Positions 8,177 to 18,744 of a stretch of 57,949 nt of DNA are shown in pieces (within the stretch, counting starts at the first letter, position 1; each line of letters opens with the position of its first letter). The DNA lies in assembly GCA_028719205.1 (NCBI GenBank), contig JAQUKH010000014.1, positions 1 through 57,949 on the forward strand, in the 5' to 3' direction. A program made the position numbers and the translations under genes. Below the pieces are notes generated by a model. The model saw only the letters and a list, made by a program, of their open reading frames with translations. It ran no database searches and had not been told where the DNA came from. The stretch comes from a bacterium. Its GTDB lineage: Bacteria > JACRDZ01 > JAQUKH01.

Positions 8177-10810
8177 TTATATCTGATCCCGTACCTCAAG
8201 ATATCTTTCTTTGCCTATCACCCCGAATTTTTTATCCGGAAACGCCTTCAGAGAAAGCGTAAGCCAGAACTCCACGTCTTCCGGAATCCCAAGCTTCGCT
8301 ATTTGTTTCCTGATGGAAAATTCAGCCTCCCAGCAATGAAGGTCGCGTTTCAGGGCGACTTTATATTGATCCAGCTTAAAATCTCTCATACGCGGGACAT
8401 AAATATTATCGTTGCGAAAACTGCCGATGAAGCTGCCTTCCCAATACCGTGTAAGAGGAACCCTTACAAGTGAATCTACGGTAGCAAAACTATTATTCGG
8501 ATAAAAATAGGTAAGGTTATGTTTATAGGTAAGATCCAGATACGTGGCCGGCGCGTAGTGAAGAGTGCTTTCAATGGATTTCAATTTACCCTTTCTCAAG
8601 GCCTGGACATTACCGGGATAAGTCGTATCGCTGACAGGATAAGTTATATCGGTACTGTCGCAATAGATATCGTATATTATAACCGTCTGCAGGTCGAAAT
8701 AATCTTTAGGACGCGCGGTTATATTTATATTCAGGTCATTAAATTTTGATTTTCTGTTTTCAACCGGAACTTTTTCGTCTTCGATTATTATTTTTTTTTC
8801 AGTCGTGTCATAATGAGATTTACGTTTTCTTCTTATGTCATAACCGATGCCCGCGGTAATAGTCGTTCTATAAAAAATAGTCCTGGCATTAAACGGTGAA
8901 TTCAAGGTCAACGAAGTAGATAAAGTATTTGTAACTATTCCTTTATAGGGATCTTCCTCGATCTCCTGCCATTGCCGCTTATATGAATGCGTGTTCTGCC
9001 ATGTAATGTAATCTGTAATTCTTGTCGAAAGCGTTCCCTGTGTGTCAAAACTGCTCACACGCCGCTGATTAGGGTCAAGCAAGCTCTTTTTATCGCGCCA
9101 ATCTTCGTTATAACCGACAGCCGGCATAAAAGAAATATTTATCAGCCGGCTTTTAAAAATTTCAAAATTAGTCTGCAATTTTTGGTATAAATTCGCGGTC
9201 TGGGTGCTGAATTTAGTAGCATACTTTATTGTGATCCTGTCCCGAGGATCCAGCTTAAACGGCCCGGAAAGTTTTCTTACCGTAATTTGTTTTTTTTCAT
9301 AATCTATAAAAACTATTTCTACCGGAATGTTATATACTATTGGAGAATTAGGATTAATATTAAGATTCACAGAATTATCACTGGCAAACGCGGATATAGT
9401 TCCTGTAGAAGGAAATGTCGCAAGCGTGACAATATAAGTGTCAGTATTTCCCGCGTCCGGGTTAAGGTCATCTTTCACTACATCAAAGGACTCTCTTCTG
9501 TCGCCGCGGTCATAGTTTATTACATAAGTAGCGTTTAGACTGTAATTTATCGCCGGCGTTGTTCTCCCGACCTGCGTGGGTAAAAGAGTAAAAGAAACAT
9601 CAGGAAGCCTTTCTTCGGTTTTTTTAAATTTCTTCAGGTCATCATCCCATAAATTTCTCTGGAACGTGGCTACCCGAAAAACAATATTGGGATATTGAAC
9701 AGTCGTGATATCAAAACTGGAATTAATATCTTTCGTAGCGTCACTCGCGCTTTCAATTTCTTTTGTGTACGCCGTATTACTTCTATAATGCAGGTCTAAT
9801 TTCGAATCTACTGTTAATTTATTTTCCTTTACCGTTTCTTTTACTATTGTTGTTTCTATTATCGTTGTATCTATCGCTGTTGTATCTATTGCCGTTGTAT
9901 CTATTGTATTGTAGGTAGTTTCAAAACTTGTACTTTCATATAACATTTGTTCATAATTCGCGTCCGCCTTCCATTCTTCAGCTACAGGCCCGGTATATGA
10001 ATAATCATCATTAGGATTCTCTGTTATTACCTTGCTGAAATATATAAATACTTTTCCCTTCCCTTTCCCTGAAAATAAAGTAAAATTGTGATCAATACCT
10101 GTTCCCCAGCCGACAAACTGCCACCAATCAATATAATAATTACCGCTATTATTATTACTAAAAAAATAGTCATATTTTGCCCGCAGGATAAGCCCTTTTC
10201 GTTTGTTATAGCCTACTTTATAATGCCAGCGGTTTTTATCATCTAATTTCTTTGTATAAAAAGGGAAATAGATCGTAGGAACATCTTTTATCATAAAAGA
10301 TACTTCCCTGCATACTAACCTTTTTTTGGGATAAAGTATTATTTCTTTGGCCCTGAATTTATAATGTGGAGACGGATTATCGCAGGTAGTAAAAAGGCTC
10401 CTCCCTGAAGAATAAAACTCATTTTTATCCACCTGTTCCATTTCCTCATTGGTATATGACCACGGTTCTATCCTGGAACTGGATTTTTCCATTGTGCCCT
10501 GATTTTTCTTTATATTGTAATTCAATGCCTCGCCTTTAAGTGTATTATCTTTTTGAATAAGCGAAACATTTCCTTCCGCGTTGATATTATCAGTATCAAC
10601 ATAAAACTTCATATGATCTGCCTGGAGCCTTGTCTCCCCCTGGGACAGATCAACATTTCCCTCGCCGACAATAAGATTCTCCTCCTCAATGTATTCCAAT
10701 TTGTCTGCTTTGATCTTTACAGGAACGCTCTCCGATGTATCGAAAGCATAGATTGATGGTGAAACTAATAATATTAAAATAATAAATAGTTTTATAGTTA
10801 ATTTTTGCAT
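8177..10810 (-). CDS. lptD: LPS-assembly protein LptD-like
   Basis: Signal peptide from ATG 10810; OstA-like N-terminus (IKADKLEY, GEGNV, LQAD), FTTCDNPSPHY, C-terminal RDLHCWE. Confidence 0.8.
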   Translation of the reverse strand: MQKLTIKLFIILILLVSPSIYAFDTSESVPVKIKADKLEYIEEENLIVGEGNVDLSQGETRLQADHMKFYVDTDNINAEGNVSLIQKDNTLKGEALNYNIKKNQGTMEKSSSRIEPWSYTNEEMEQVDKNEFYSSGRSLFTTCDNPSPHYKFRAKEIILYPKKRLVCREVSFMIKDVPTIYFPFYTKKLDDKNRWHYKVGYNKRKGLILRAKYDYFFSNNNSGNYYIDWWQFVGWGTGIDHNFTLFSGKGKGKVFIYFSKVITENPNDDYSYTGPVAEEWKADANYEQMLYESTSFETTYNTIDTTAIDTTAIDTTIIETTIVKETVKENKLTVDSKLDLHYRSNTAYTKEIESASDATKDINSSFDITTVQYPNIVFRVATFQRNLWDDDLKKFKKTEERLPDVSFTLLPTQVGRTTPAINYSLNATYVINYDRGDRRESFDVVKDDLNPDAGNTDTYIVTLATFPSTGTISAFASDNSVNLNINPNSPIVYNIPVEIVFIDYEKKQITVRKLSGPFKLDPRDRITIKYATKFSTQTANLYQKLQTNFEIFKSRLINISFMPAVGYNEDWRDKKSLLDPNQRRVSSFDTQGTLSTRITDYITWQNTHSYKRQWQEIEEDPYKGIVTNTLSTSLTLNSPFNARTIFYRTTITAGIGYDIRRKRKSHYDTTEKKIIIEDEKVPVENRKSKFNDLNINITARPKDYFDLQTVIIYDIYCDSTDITYPVSDTTYPGNVQALRKGKLKSIESTLHYAPATYLDLTYKHNLTYFYPNNSFATVDSLVRVPLTRYWEGSFIGSFRNDNIYVPRMRDFKLDQYKVALKRDLHCWEAEFSIRKQIAKLGIPEDVEFWLTLSLKAFPDKKFGVIGKERYLEVRDQI
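9845..9905. repeat. 15-nt coding tandem repeat (DTTAI/DTTII/ETTIV)
   Basis: GTTGTATCTAT repeated at 15-nt period. Confidence 0.75.
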
Positions 10811-12162
10811 AACGCCTTTCTCGCCTCTCCCACCGTGTAAAGCGACCCGGTAATGCAAATAATCTCATTTTTTTGGACGACCCCTTGCAGGCGCCGGATC
10901 AACCCTACCATTCTTTTGATCGCCTTTCTTATCGGATAAACTGCTTCAACATCTTTATGATACTTTCTGACGATCTTCGCCTGTTCATCTAAAGAAGATG
11001 CCCTGTCGCAATGGGGAGAGGTAACTATGATTTTATCCGCAAGCGGCATAAGTTCTTTCACAATACCGGATATATCCTTATCCTTTAATATTCCCAAAAT
11101 AAAATTTATTTTTTTGTCAGGGAAATATCTTCTAAGGCTTTTAGCTAATACTGAAGCACCCGGTGGATTATGCGCGCCGTCTATTATTATCGTCGGGGCA
11201 CGGCAAACAATTTCAAAACGACCGGGCCATTTCGCGTTTTTCAGGCCTTTTCGGATATCATTCAAATTTATTGTAATGGCTCCGATTTCGGAGTCCCTAC
11301 CTAAGATTTCAATAACAGCAAGCGCCATTGAGGCATTTTGTATCTGATATTCACCTAAAAGGCTTATATCATAATCCGTTGAATTTTCATAAATACCTTT
11401 ATAAGAAAATTTCTGGCTTATAGGGACCCGAATCCCTTTTTTCAGGGCGGGCACCTGCCTGCCGGACAGGCGGGCAAGACCCGCCCCTACAAAATCTTTG
11501 CTTAAAAGATATATTTTGGAATTCTTTTTTTTACATATTTTTCTGATGACATTTAAAGGCTCTTTTTCCGTAACCCCACAAACAAGCGGCACATTTTTTT
11601 TGATTATCCCCGCTTTTTCAAACGCGATCTTTCCTAATGTATTACCTAATTCCTTTGTATGGTCAAACCCAATGCTTGTAATAATGGAAACTAACGGCGT
11701 AATTACATTTGTCGCGTCCAGCCTTCCGCCCATTCCAACCTCAATACAGGCAAAATCGACTTTTTCCTCTTTAAAATACTCGAACGCGATTGCCGTTGAA
11801 ACCTCAAAATAGGTAAGATCTCCCAATTTATTATTTGTTTTTCTCACCAGGGGGATCAGCTTTTCAACAATTTCCGTTAACTTTTTCCGGGGAATTAAAA
11901 CACCATTGATCTGGATCCTCTCGCGGAAATCAACCAGATGCGGAGAGGTATAAAGGCCTGTCTTTAAACCCGATTCTTTTAAAACCGAGGCGATAAAACT
12001 GGAGGTTGAACCTTTCCCGTTCGTCCCTGCAATGTGGATCGATTTGAAAGTGTCCTGGGGATCATTTAATAACGACAGGAGATAGGTTATCTTTTCTAAT
12101 CCGAACTGGATCCCAAACCTTTCAAGGCTGTATAAAAAATCGATTGCTTTATCATAATTCAT
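10798..12162 (-). CDS. folC: Bifunctional folylpolyglutamate synthase/dihydrofolate synthase
   Basis: HIAGTNGKGS, YTSPHL, EVGMGGRLDATN, WPGRFE, DGAHN, TGSLY. Confidence 0.97.
   Translation of the reverse strand: MNYDKAIDFLYSLERFGIQFGLEKITYLLSLLNDPQDTFKSIHIAGTNGKGSTSSFIASVLKESGLKTGLYTSPHLVDFRERIQINGVLIPRKKLTEIVEKLIPLVRKTNNKLGDLTYFEVSTAIAFEYFKEEKVDFACIEVGMGGRLDATNVITPLVSIITSIGFDHTKELGNTLGKIAFEKAGIIKKNVPLVCGVTEKEPLNVIRKICKKKNSKIYLLSKDFVGAGLARLSGRQVPALKKGIRVPISQKFSYKGIYENSTDYDISLLGEYQIQNASMALAVIEILGRDSEIGAITINLNDIRKGLKNAKWPGRFEIVCRAPTIIIDGAHNPPGASVLAKSLRRYFPDKKINFILGILKDKDISGIVKELMPLADKIIVTSPHCDRASSLDEQAKIVRKYHKDVEAVYPIRKAIKRMVGLIRRLQGVVQKNEIICITGSLYTVGEARKALCKN
10875..10908 (-). repeat. Degenerate REP with 9-nt loop insert, inside folC
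   Basis: GTAGGGTTGATCCGGCG[CCTGCAAGG]GGTCGTCC versus GTAGGGGCGATCCGGCGGGTCGCCC at 29058. Confidence 0.65.
11445..11490 (-). repeat. REP carrying a 21-nt insert, inside folC
   Basis: GGGCGGGCA[CCTGCCTGCCGGACAGGCGGG]CAAGACCCGCCCCTAC; encodes VGAGLARLSGRQVPA. Confidence 0.8.
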
Positions 12163-12237
12163 AAATTTTCTAGTATTATAGCTCAATTCCATGTTTTTTT
12201 TAAGAAATTATTGCCAAAATTCACAAAAATAATTAGC

Positions 12238-12266
12238 TTTACAATACACAAAATCAGGTATATACT
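12238..12266 (+). promoter_or_regulatory. Putative sigma70 promoter
   Basis: TTTACA-17 nt-TATACT upstream of the radical SAM gene. Confidence 0.55.
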
Positions 12267-12286
12267 ATATTATTAGAAGTTAGGAA

Positions 12287-14296
12287 GTGTATAAAAGAAA
12301 AATGAAGTTGTTATTGTCCTCAGTTTTTAAACCTTACGGGGTTGACGATGAATTCGGCCGTAAAGAAAATATTATGGAGCTTTTCCATAATCAGGTCACC
12401 AGAGAGCAGGGGATCTTTTCCTTCCGTTACCACCACAAAAGTTTTAACCTTTATTTATTAGCCGAAAATGTAAGCATACCAAGCACTGTTCTGGATTTCC
12501 CGTCAATAAAACGTTTTATCAGGGAGATCAAAAAAGGCTATGATTTTGTCGGCATTTCTTTTATCGCTCCGAATTACATAAAAGCCAAAAAAATGTGCGA
12601 ACTTATCCGCCAATATTCCCCAAGAACAAAGATAATCCTCGGCGGACACGGCACACAAATACCTGAACTTGAAAAGATAATAGATTGTGACCATATAGTA
12701 AAAGGCGAAGGTATAAGCGGCCTTAAGAAAATACTCGGTGAACCGGAAGACGCTCCGGTAAAACACGTTGTGCTTACTTCAGCGGACAACAAAAGAATTA
12801 TGGGTATACCTGTATCGGAAACCGCCGGCGTTCTTTTACCGGGGGTCGGATGTCCCAACGGATGCCGTTTCTGCTGTACAACCCACATGTTTAATTTTAA
12901 ATATACCCCCTTCTTTAAAGACGCCCTTGAGATGTTCAACGTAATGCGAAAAATTGAAAATGAGCTGGGCTGCAGTGATTTCTTTGTCATGGATGAAAAT
13001 TTCCTTAAATCCAAAGACCGGGCGATCGAATTATTGAATCTGATGAAAATCCACAAAAAAAATTATTATTTCGGAGTTTTCTCCTCAGCGGAAACTATTA
13101 ATGAGATAGGAGTTAAATTCTTGTTTGAGATAGGCATAAGGTTTATCTGGATCGGAGTGGAATCCAAAGAATACTGCTATACTAAAAATAAAAATATTGA
13201 CATGAAAAAACTTTTTACTGAATTAAGGAGCCATGGAATATCTATCTTGGCATCCACTATCCTGTTCCAGGAACATCATGACAAGAAAACCATTTGGGAA
13301 GACGTTGACTATACCCTGGATCTCAGGCCGGATTTTGTTCAATTCATGCAGCTTGGGCCTCTTCCTCAAACTCAATTATATCTTGATTATAAGGAAAAAG
13401 GGCTTTTACGCGAGGATATACCTTATGAGGAATGGCACGGGCAACATCAACTATGGTTTAAACACCCTAATTTTACATCAGAAGAGTCAGAAATATTCCT
13501 GCGCGACGCCTTTCTTAAAGACTACCGCGAATTGGGGCCTTCCATATTAAGAATGGCTGAAACATATATTCAGGGTTATTTTTACACCCAAAAATATCAG
13601 AATGATCCCTGGCTTAAAATGCGAAATGACCAGCTGAAAGAAAGCTGTATCAGGTATTATCCGCTTTTAAGTGTTTTAAAAACCTTTATGCCGAACGCCA
13701 AAACCAGAAACATAACGGAACAGGTTATCAGGTCATATGAGAAAGCCTTTGGGCCTAAAACTATAAAGCAGAACATATTAACACTTGGGGCATATCTATG
13801 CGCTATTAAGGAATATCTTAAAATAAATATAACCGGCGATATAAGGCAGCCTAAAACTTTCTTTACTAAATTTAATAAACCGGAATTTAAATTATTCCCC
13901 GCTGTATTAAAAGGAAAACTTCTTCCGGATCTTTCCCTGAACTTACTGGAGATCAAACAAAATTACGCCCTTTCCGGCAATAATATTTATCTGGAACTGC
14001 ACGGAATCCTTGATTCGATAAACGTAAATAATTTACAGCACAGGCTCGCCGGTTTATTCAATAAAGAAAAAAAAGCGAACATCGTTCTGGACATTATAAA
14101 TATTAATCGAATAGATGATAACAGCCTGTATAAATTACTGGAACATCTGAAGGATTTTCAATTCCGAACAAAGCTATGCTACTGCGCTAAAATTGAAAAT
14201 ATTTCCCAGATGGTCGAGGAAATAAAACTCAATTTTGACACAAAGCTTGAATGCCTGAAAGAAAATCTGATCCCGGAATCAAACACCGCGCGATAA
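12287..14296 (+). CDS. Cobalamin-binding radical SAM protein with C-terminal STAS-like domain
   Basis: IILGGHG/GEG B12 domain, GCPNGCRFC CxxxCxxC, DENF; tail LELHGILD..IVLDI..ID. Confidence 0.85.
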   Translation: MYKRKMKLLLSSVFKPYGVDDEFGRKENIMELFHNQVTREQGIFSFRYHHKSFNLYLLAENVSIPSTVLDFPSIKRFIREIKKGYDFVGISFIAPNYIKAKKMCELIRQYSPRTKIILGGHGTQIPELEKIIDCDHIVKGEGISGLKKILGEPEDAPVKHVVLTSADNKRIMGIPVSETAGVLLPGVGCPNGCRFCCTTHMFNFKYTPFFKDALEMFNVMRKIENELGCSDFFVMDENFLKSKDRAIELLNLMKIHKKNYYFGVFSSAETINEIGVKFLFEIGIRFIWIGVESKEYCYTKNKNIDMKKLFTELRSHGISILASTILFQEHHDKKTIWEDVDYTLDLRPDFVQFMQLGPLPQTQLYLDYKEKGLLREDIPYEEWHGQHQLWFKHPNFTSEESEIFLRDAFLKDYRELGPSILRMAETYIQGYFYTQKYQNDPWLKMRNDQLKESCIRYYPLLSVLKTFMPNAKTRNITEQVIRSYEKAFGPKTIKQNILTLGAYLCAIKEYLKINITGDIRQPKTFFTKFNKPEFKLFPAVLKGKLLPDLSLNLLEIKQNYALSGNNIYLELHGILDSINVNNLQHRLAGLFNKEKKANIVLDIININRIDDNSLYKLLEHLKDFQFRTKLCYCAKIENISQMVEEIKLNFDTKLECLKENLIPESNTAR

Positions 14297-17200
14297 ACGT
14301 CCTGCCCTTTTTTTCGGATATTTAATATACGGGATCAGTTTGTCATTTTGATTTTTTCCCGTCCCGTCATAAGTCAGAGAAACGATCGGAACACCGGTGA
14401 TCGATTCTATTGAAGAAGACATTGCTTCAGTGATCAAGCCCGCGCAGCAGAAAGCCGGGCTCAGCTGGACAAAAAGAGAAATGTCGGGGTATTGTTCAAG
14501 CAGGGAAAATACCGTAATAAGGTTATCCATTGATTCTCCCGCGTGTTCGGGCATTACATGAAAGTTATCCATAATATATTTAAGGTCAATAGGATTTTCC
14601 GCTTCCTTTTCCTGAAGTATCTCATTGAAATGTTTATAGTAAATATTTTCAATAGTACCCGCCATCATCATCGCGCCCTTGCTCGCTATGGCGTCTTTAA
14701 AACGCCCGTCCCAGAACCACCTTTTTACATACGAATTAGTGATCATTTTAGCGAGATCGCTTAAAGAAACAGTAATAACCTCACCGCCCGCGTCCTCAAT
14801 AAATTTAATAAGGTTCTGGTTCATAATATCGTTATCCCTGACATAAAGGTCACCAAATAACGCGATCTTAGGCCTTAATGTTTTCTCTGTTTTTATACTT
14901 TTGAAATTCTCGACAACTTCAACCACCGCTTTTTCCAAAGGTTTTTTACCCATAAACGCGTCGTAAAAGACAGTTACCGCTTTTTTTACCGCCTCATCAG
15001 TACTGCCTTTTTCTTTTTCGTAGGGCCTTATTTTACAGGACATTTTCCTAATCATCCCGCCGAACATATACGCGAAATATGTTTCAATACTCGCCCTTAA
15101 TGAAATGTCCAATAATGACAAGTTTCCGGTGTAAACAGAAATATGTTCCATCCCGTTACCGTAAGATTTGAACATGCTTTTTACAAGGTAAGGATAAAGC
15201 CTTATATTACAGGCAAGGCTGGAATTAAGCATCCAGACCATCGTATCCAGTGGATTTAAGTTGTTGTCTTTTATATAATCGATAAAACTCTGATATATAA
15301 TGCTGACCGGCAGGCACTGGCCTTTATTGCTTTTTAATCCAAGCTGAACGGAATGTTCCGTAACCGGCACTATCCTCGCGTCAATTCCTTCTTTAATAAG
15401 AACCGCCTCGACCAGTTTAACGGTGAGATCATCCCAGCTTGGAAATAAAAGAGTTTTATTGGCTATTTTTAATTCTGTTTCAGGATTCACAGAAAGATAA
15501 TTTTTAAAAACAACCGTTTTTTTCTGCTGATCAAAATGATTTCTGAACGCGCGTATGGCGGCCTCTATCCTGGTTTCATAACCTACATTTGATCCGTGTT
15601 CATCCAGGTCAAGAATAATATAAGGCTTTTCATAATCTTCCATGATCCGTTTAAAATATTCAAGGGCAAAAGAATCAGGTGAACATTTAAAACTTGAGAT
15701 ATACACAGGATATATCCCTTTTGTCTTCGCGACAATAACCGACGCCGCAAGGATCTTCGCGGTATAATTCCAATGGAACGCCTTTAATAAAGGTTCGATC
15801 TCCTTGACATCATCTTTGCTGTACGCGAGCATTTCATGATAGAAAGCCTTTGTTCTAAGATCGCTGAAAATACCGGGAATACCCTTATTCATATTATTAT
15901 CCAGCACAACATACGGCCTTCCAAGAAGCATTATTTTTATATCATCGCCCTGCTCTATCTCCCGCTGATATATGTTTTGTATTTGGGATTTACTCTCTTT
16001 AATAAATTCAAGCGCCGCGTCATAAGCGGACGCGATCGACCAGTAATCAATACCCGTAGAGGTCCTTAACGCCCTGTAAAGCTCGACTTTTGTAAGAAAA
16101 TCCCCGGGATGAATAGCCGGCATAATGGATTTATCAGCTAACTTTATACCTTTGGATGAAGATACCAGTGATACCGCGAATTGGGTATAATAACAATAGT
16201 GCCGGAATACATCCTTCTCTTTTTCTCTTGATTCAAAATAAACAGGTAAAAATACATAGTCCGCTTTCTCCGAAAGGTATTTGACCTGGCCGTAAAATTC
16301 CATTATCGGCACGCAGAACTCAGCTTTTGCTGTTTTCTTGCCAACCTTAAGCGTGTCTTTAGCCCCTTCACTTGAAATTGTTTTAATACCTAGCGTGTTA
16401 AAAAAATGGGTCCATAACACATTCTCTTCCGAAAGGTAAAGCCCGTGAGGTATACCGATAGTGATACCTGACTTGTATTTTTCGGGTTTATTATTGACTT
16501 TAAAGGCCTGCTTATATTCTTTAACAAGGTCAAAAACGGATCTTCTATTAACAGTATGTTTTGGACTGTTATAGTCCCTGCCGCATAAAAATCCGAAAGC
16601 GACTATTTCATTTTGAACAGTCACCTTTTTTATCTTGCAGTTATTATGGCAAAGGGAGCATACCTCCGACTCAACCGGTATCTCTTCTTTATAAAGCGAT
16701 ATACCGCGGAATTTTGACTGCCTGATGCTGCTTTCGGCAAGTATTAACGCGCATCCCAGAGCGCCCGTTAAATGGCAGTATTTTGAAACATGGATCGGTT
16801 TATTAAGCTTATTTTCAAACGCGGCAACAAGGGCCTTATTTCTCGCGGTCGCGCCCTGGAAAAATATTTTTTTCCCGATATTCGCTTCCCCCGCCACTTT
16901 GGAAAAATAATTATCCCTCACCGAATGAAGGACCGACGCGAGAATTTCATCAACCGCGTATCCGTCGCCGAGAAAATGATTAATATCGCGTTCCATAAAA
17001 ACCGTACAGCGGTTGCTCGATACCGGAGATGGTTTATTCAAAGCCCTGTCGGAATATTCGCTTAAAGCGCACCCCAGTTTCTGAGCCTGTTCTTCGATAA
17101 AACTGCCGGTCCCGGCGGCGCAGACATTATTCATAACGCAAAAAGTTACCATGCCGTTCTTCATGGTCGTGAACTTTGAATCCTGCCCGCCGATCTCGAT

Positions 17201-18475
17201 GATAGTATCAACCTCCGGGTCAAGTTTGAACGCCGCGCGCGCGTGTGAAGTAATTTCATCTATTATCTGGTCAGCCCCGATTATTTTGCCTATGAATTTT
17301 CTTCCGGCACCGGTCGCGGCAGCTCCCTTAAATTGAAAACTGATATTTTCCCGCGTTGAAATATTGTCGATCGCCTCAAAGATCAGTTGGGTTGCCTTTA
17401 AAGGCTGGCCCGCGGTCATCGTGTAAAATCCCGCGAGGATATCGGAGTTATCATCTATCAACACGGCCTTCGTGCTTGTAGAACCGATATCGATGCCCAT
17501 ATATACTTTACTTTCGGGTAAAAGTTTTTCATAGATATCAACTTCCACAGTACCGCCGTCTTTTTTTGAAGATACATAACTGAATTTCTCCAAACTTTTA
17601 AAATCAGGATAACCGGAAAGTTTCAATTCCAGCGGTTTATACCCGTATTCCAGTTTGGTTTTATTTTGAATTATAAAAGATTCGGGGGTGTTTAAATTCA
17701 GCGGGTTTAATTTTCTTTCATTTAAATATATCAGCGCCGCGCCTGCCGCGCCGTAAAGATAAGAATTTTCTTCCACAACCGGCGCGCTTCCCAAAAATTT
17801 AGTTAAATGTTTTATAACCGCTTTATTCCTGGAAACCCCGCCGGTAAAGATCACCGGTTTCCTGATATTCTCATCCCCGAAAAGCGTGTCAGCGATATTT
17901 TTTACCAATCCGTCGCACAGGCTGTCGCAGATCTGCTGTATCGAATACCCTTCCTGCTGGGCGTGAATGAGGTCGGTTTTCGCGAAAACAGCGCAACGGG
18001 AGGCGATCGGCGGGATAATATCTTTATTGGAAAAAGCTGTTTCACTGAACTTTTCGATACTTTCGATCTTAAGCCGCTTTACCTGCTGGTCCAGAAAACT
18101 GCCTGTCCCGGCCGCGCAGGTTGAATTTGTTTTATAACTCTCATATTCACCCGACTCGTTGAACGTAATTAACCCGAAATTCTCCCCCCCGACATTAAGG
18201 ATAGTCCTTGCTTCAGGATGATATTTCTTTACAGCGGTTATTAAAGCCAACTGATTGTCATATTTGAAAGCCTTTTTAATAATATCAGGCGTGGACGCCG
18301 TAGACGCCACCCCGCCAAGCGTACTTATATCAATATTTTTCAATATATTAACAATTGTTTCCCTGACCGCCCCGTGATGCAGGCGGTAATCGGTTTTAAC
18401 TATCTGCTGGCCTTCATTCATTAAAACAGCCGACACAGCCACGGAGCCGACATCAATTCCTAAAATCTGGAGCAT
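14279..18475 (-). CDS. Acyl-CoA dehydratase activase fusion (two BadF/BadG ATPase domains plus DUF2229-like regions)
   Basis: GIDVGS and GIDIGSTSTK, two CAAGTGSF motifs, IEIGGQDSK, LLGRPY, FKCSPD, DEH..GYETRIEA. Confidence 0.9.
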   Translation of the reverse strand: MLQILGIDVGSVAVSAVLMNEGQQIVKTDYRLHHGAVRETIVNILKNIDISTLGGVASTASTPDIIKKAFKYDNQLALITAVKKYHPEARTILNVGGENFGLITFNESGEYESYKTNSTCAAGTGSFLDQQVKRLKIESIEKFSETAFSNKDIIPPIASRCAVFAKTDLIHAQQEGYSIQQICDSLCDGLVKNIADTLFGDENIRKPVIFTGGVSRNKAVIKHLTKFLGSAPVVEENSYLYGAAGAALIYLNERKLNPLNLNTPESFIIQNKTKLEYGYKPLELKLSGYPDFKSLEKFSYVSSKKDGGTVEVDIYEKLLPESKVYMGIDIGSTSTKAVLIDDNSDILAGFYTMTAGQPLKATQLIFEAIDNISTRENISFQFKGAAATGAGRKFIGKIIGADQIIDEITSHARAAFKLDPEVDTIIEIGGQDSKFTTMKNGMVTFCVMNNVCAAGTGSFIEEQAQKLGCALSEYSDRALNKPSPVSSNRCTVFMERDINHFLGDGYAVDEILASVLHSVRDNYFSKVAGEANIGKKIFFQGATARNKALVAAFENKLNKPIHVSKYCHLTGALGCALILAESSIRQSKFRGISLYKEEIPVESEVCSLCHNNCKIKKVTVQNEIVAFGFLCGRDYNSPKHTVNRRSVFDLVKEYKQAFKVNNKPEKYKSGITIGIPHGLYLSEENVLWTHFFNTLGIKTISSEGAKDTLKVGKKTAKAEFCVPIMEFYGQVKYLSEKADYVFLPVYFESREKEKDVFRHYCYYTQFAVSLVSSSKGIKLADKSIMPAIHPGDFLTKVELYRALRTSTGIDYWSIASAYDAALEFIKESKSQIQNIYQREIEQGDDIKIMLLGRPYVVLDNNMNKGIPGIFSDLRTKAFYHEMLAYSKDDVKEIEPLLKAFHWNYTAKILAASVIVAKTKGIYPVYISSFKCSPDSFALEYFKRIMEDYEKPYIILDLDEHGSNVGYETRIEAAIRAFRNHFDQQKKTVVFKNYLSVNPETELKIANKTLLFPSWDDLTVKLVEAVLIKEGIDARIVPVTEHSVQLGLKSNKGQCLPVSIIYQSFIDYIKDNNLNPLDTMVWMLNSSLACNIRLYPYLVKSMFKSYGNGMEHISVYTGNLSLLDISLRASIETYFAYMFGGMIRKMSCKIRPYEKEKGSTDEAVKKAVTVFYDAFMGKKPLEKAVVEVVENFKSIKTEKTLRPKIALFGDLYVRDNDIMNQNLIKFIEDAGGEVITVSLSDLAKMITNSYVKRWFWDGRFKDAIASKGAMMMAGTIENIYYKHFNEILQEKEAENPIDLKYIMDNFHVMPEHAGESMDNLITVFSLLEQYPDISLFVQLSPAFCCAGLITEAMSSSIESITGVPIVSLTYDGTGKNQNDKLIPYIKYPKKRAGRLSRGV

Positions 18476-18508
18476 ATATTTCCCCTGAATTCAATAACTT
18501 GTGGAAAA

Positions 18509-18690
18509 TTTAATTCCAAGATCTATTTTTGCTTAAACCCGAAACGTTTTTGATAAATCTAAGGCTCACTGCAGGCAATTTTAAAACTCGCTCTTCGAGC
18601 TCAAACATTAAAATTGCTTATCTTCCGTTTCGCCAAGATTTATTAACAAAAAGCGTTTCTATAGACGCAAAAACAGACCTTGAAATTAAA
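18509..18690. repeat. ~180-bp imperfect inverted repeat (MITE-like or structured RNA)
   Basis: Outer arms 18509-18532 and 18667-18690 match 21/24; inner arms GAAACG.TTTTG, ATAAATCT, GCAATTTT all mirrored. Confidence 0.7.
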
Positions 18691-18744
18691 CAATTTTCTA
18701 AACTCAAATCCTATGATCTATTTAAAAACATTGTATATCTGATT

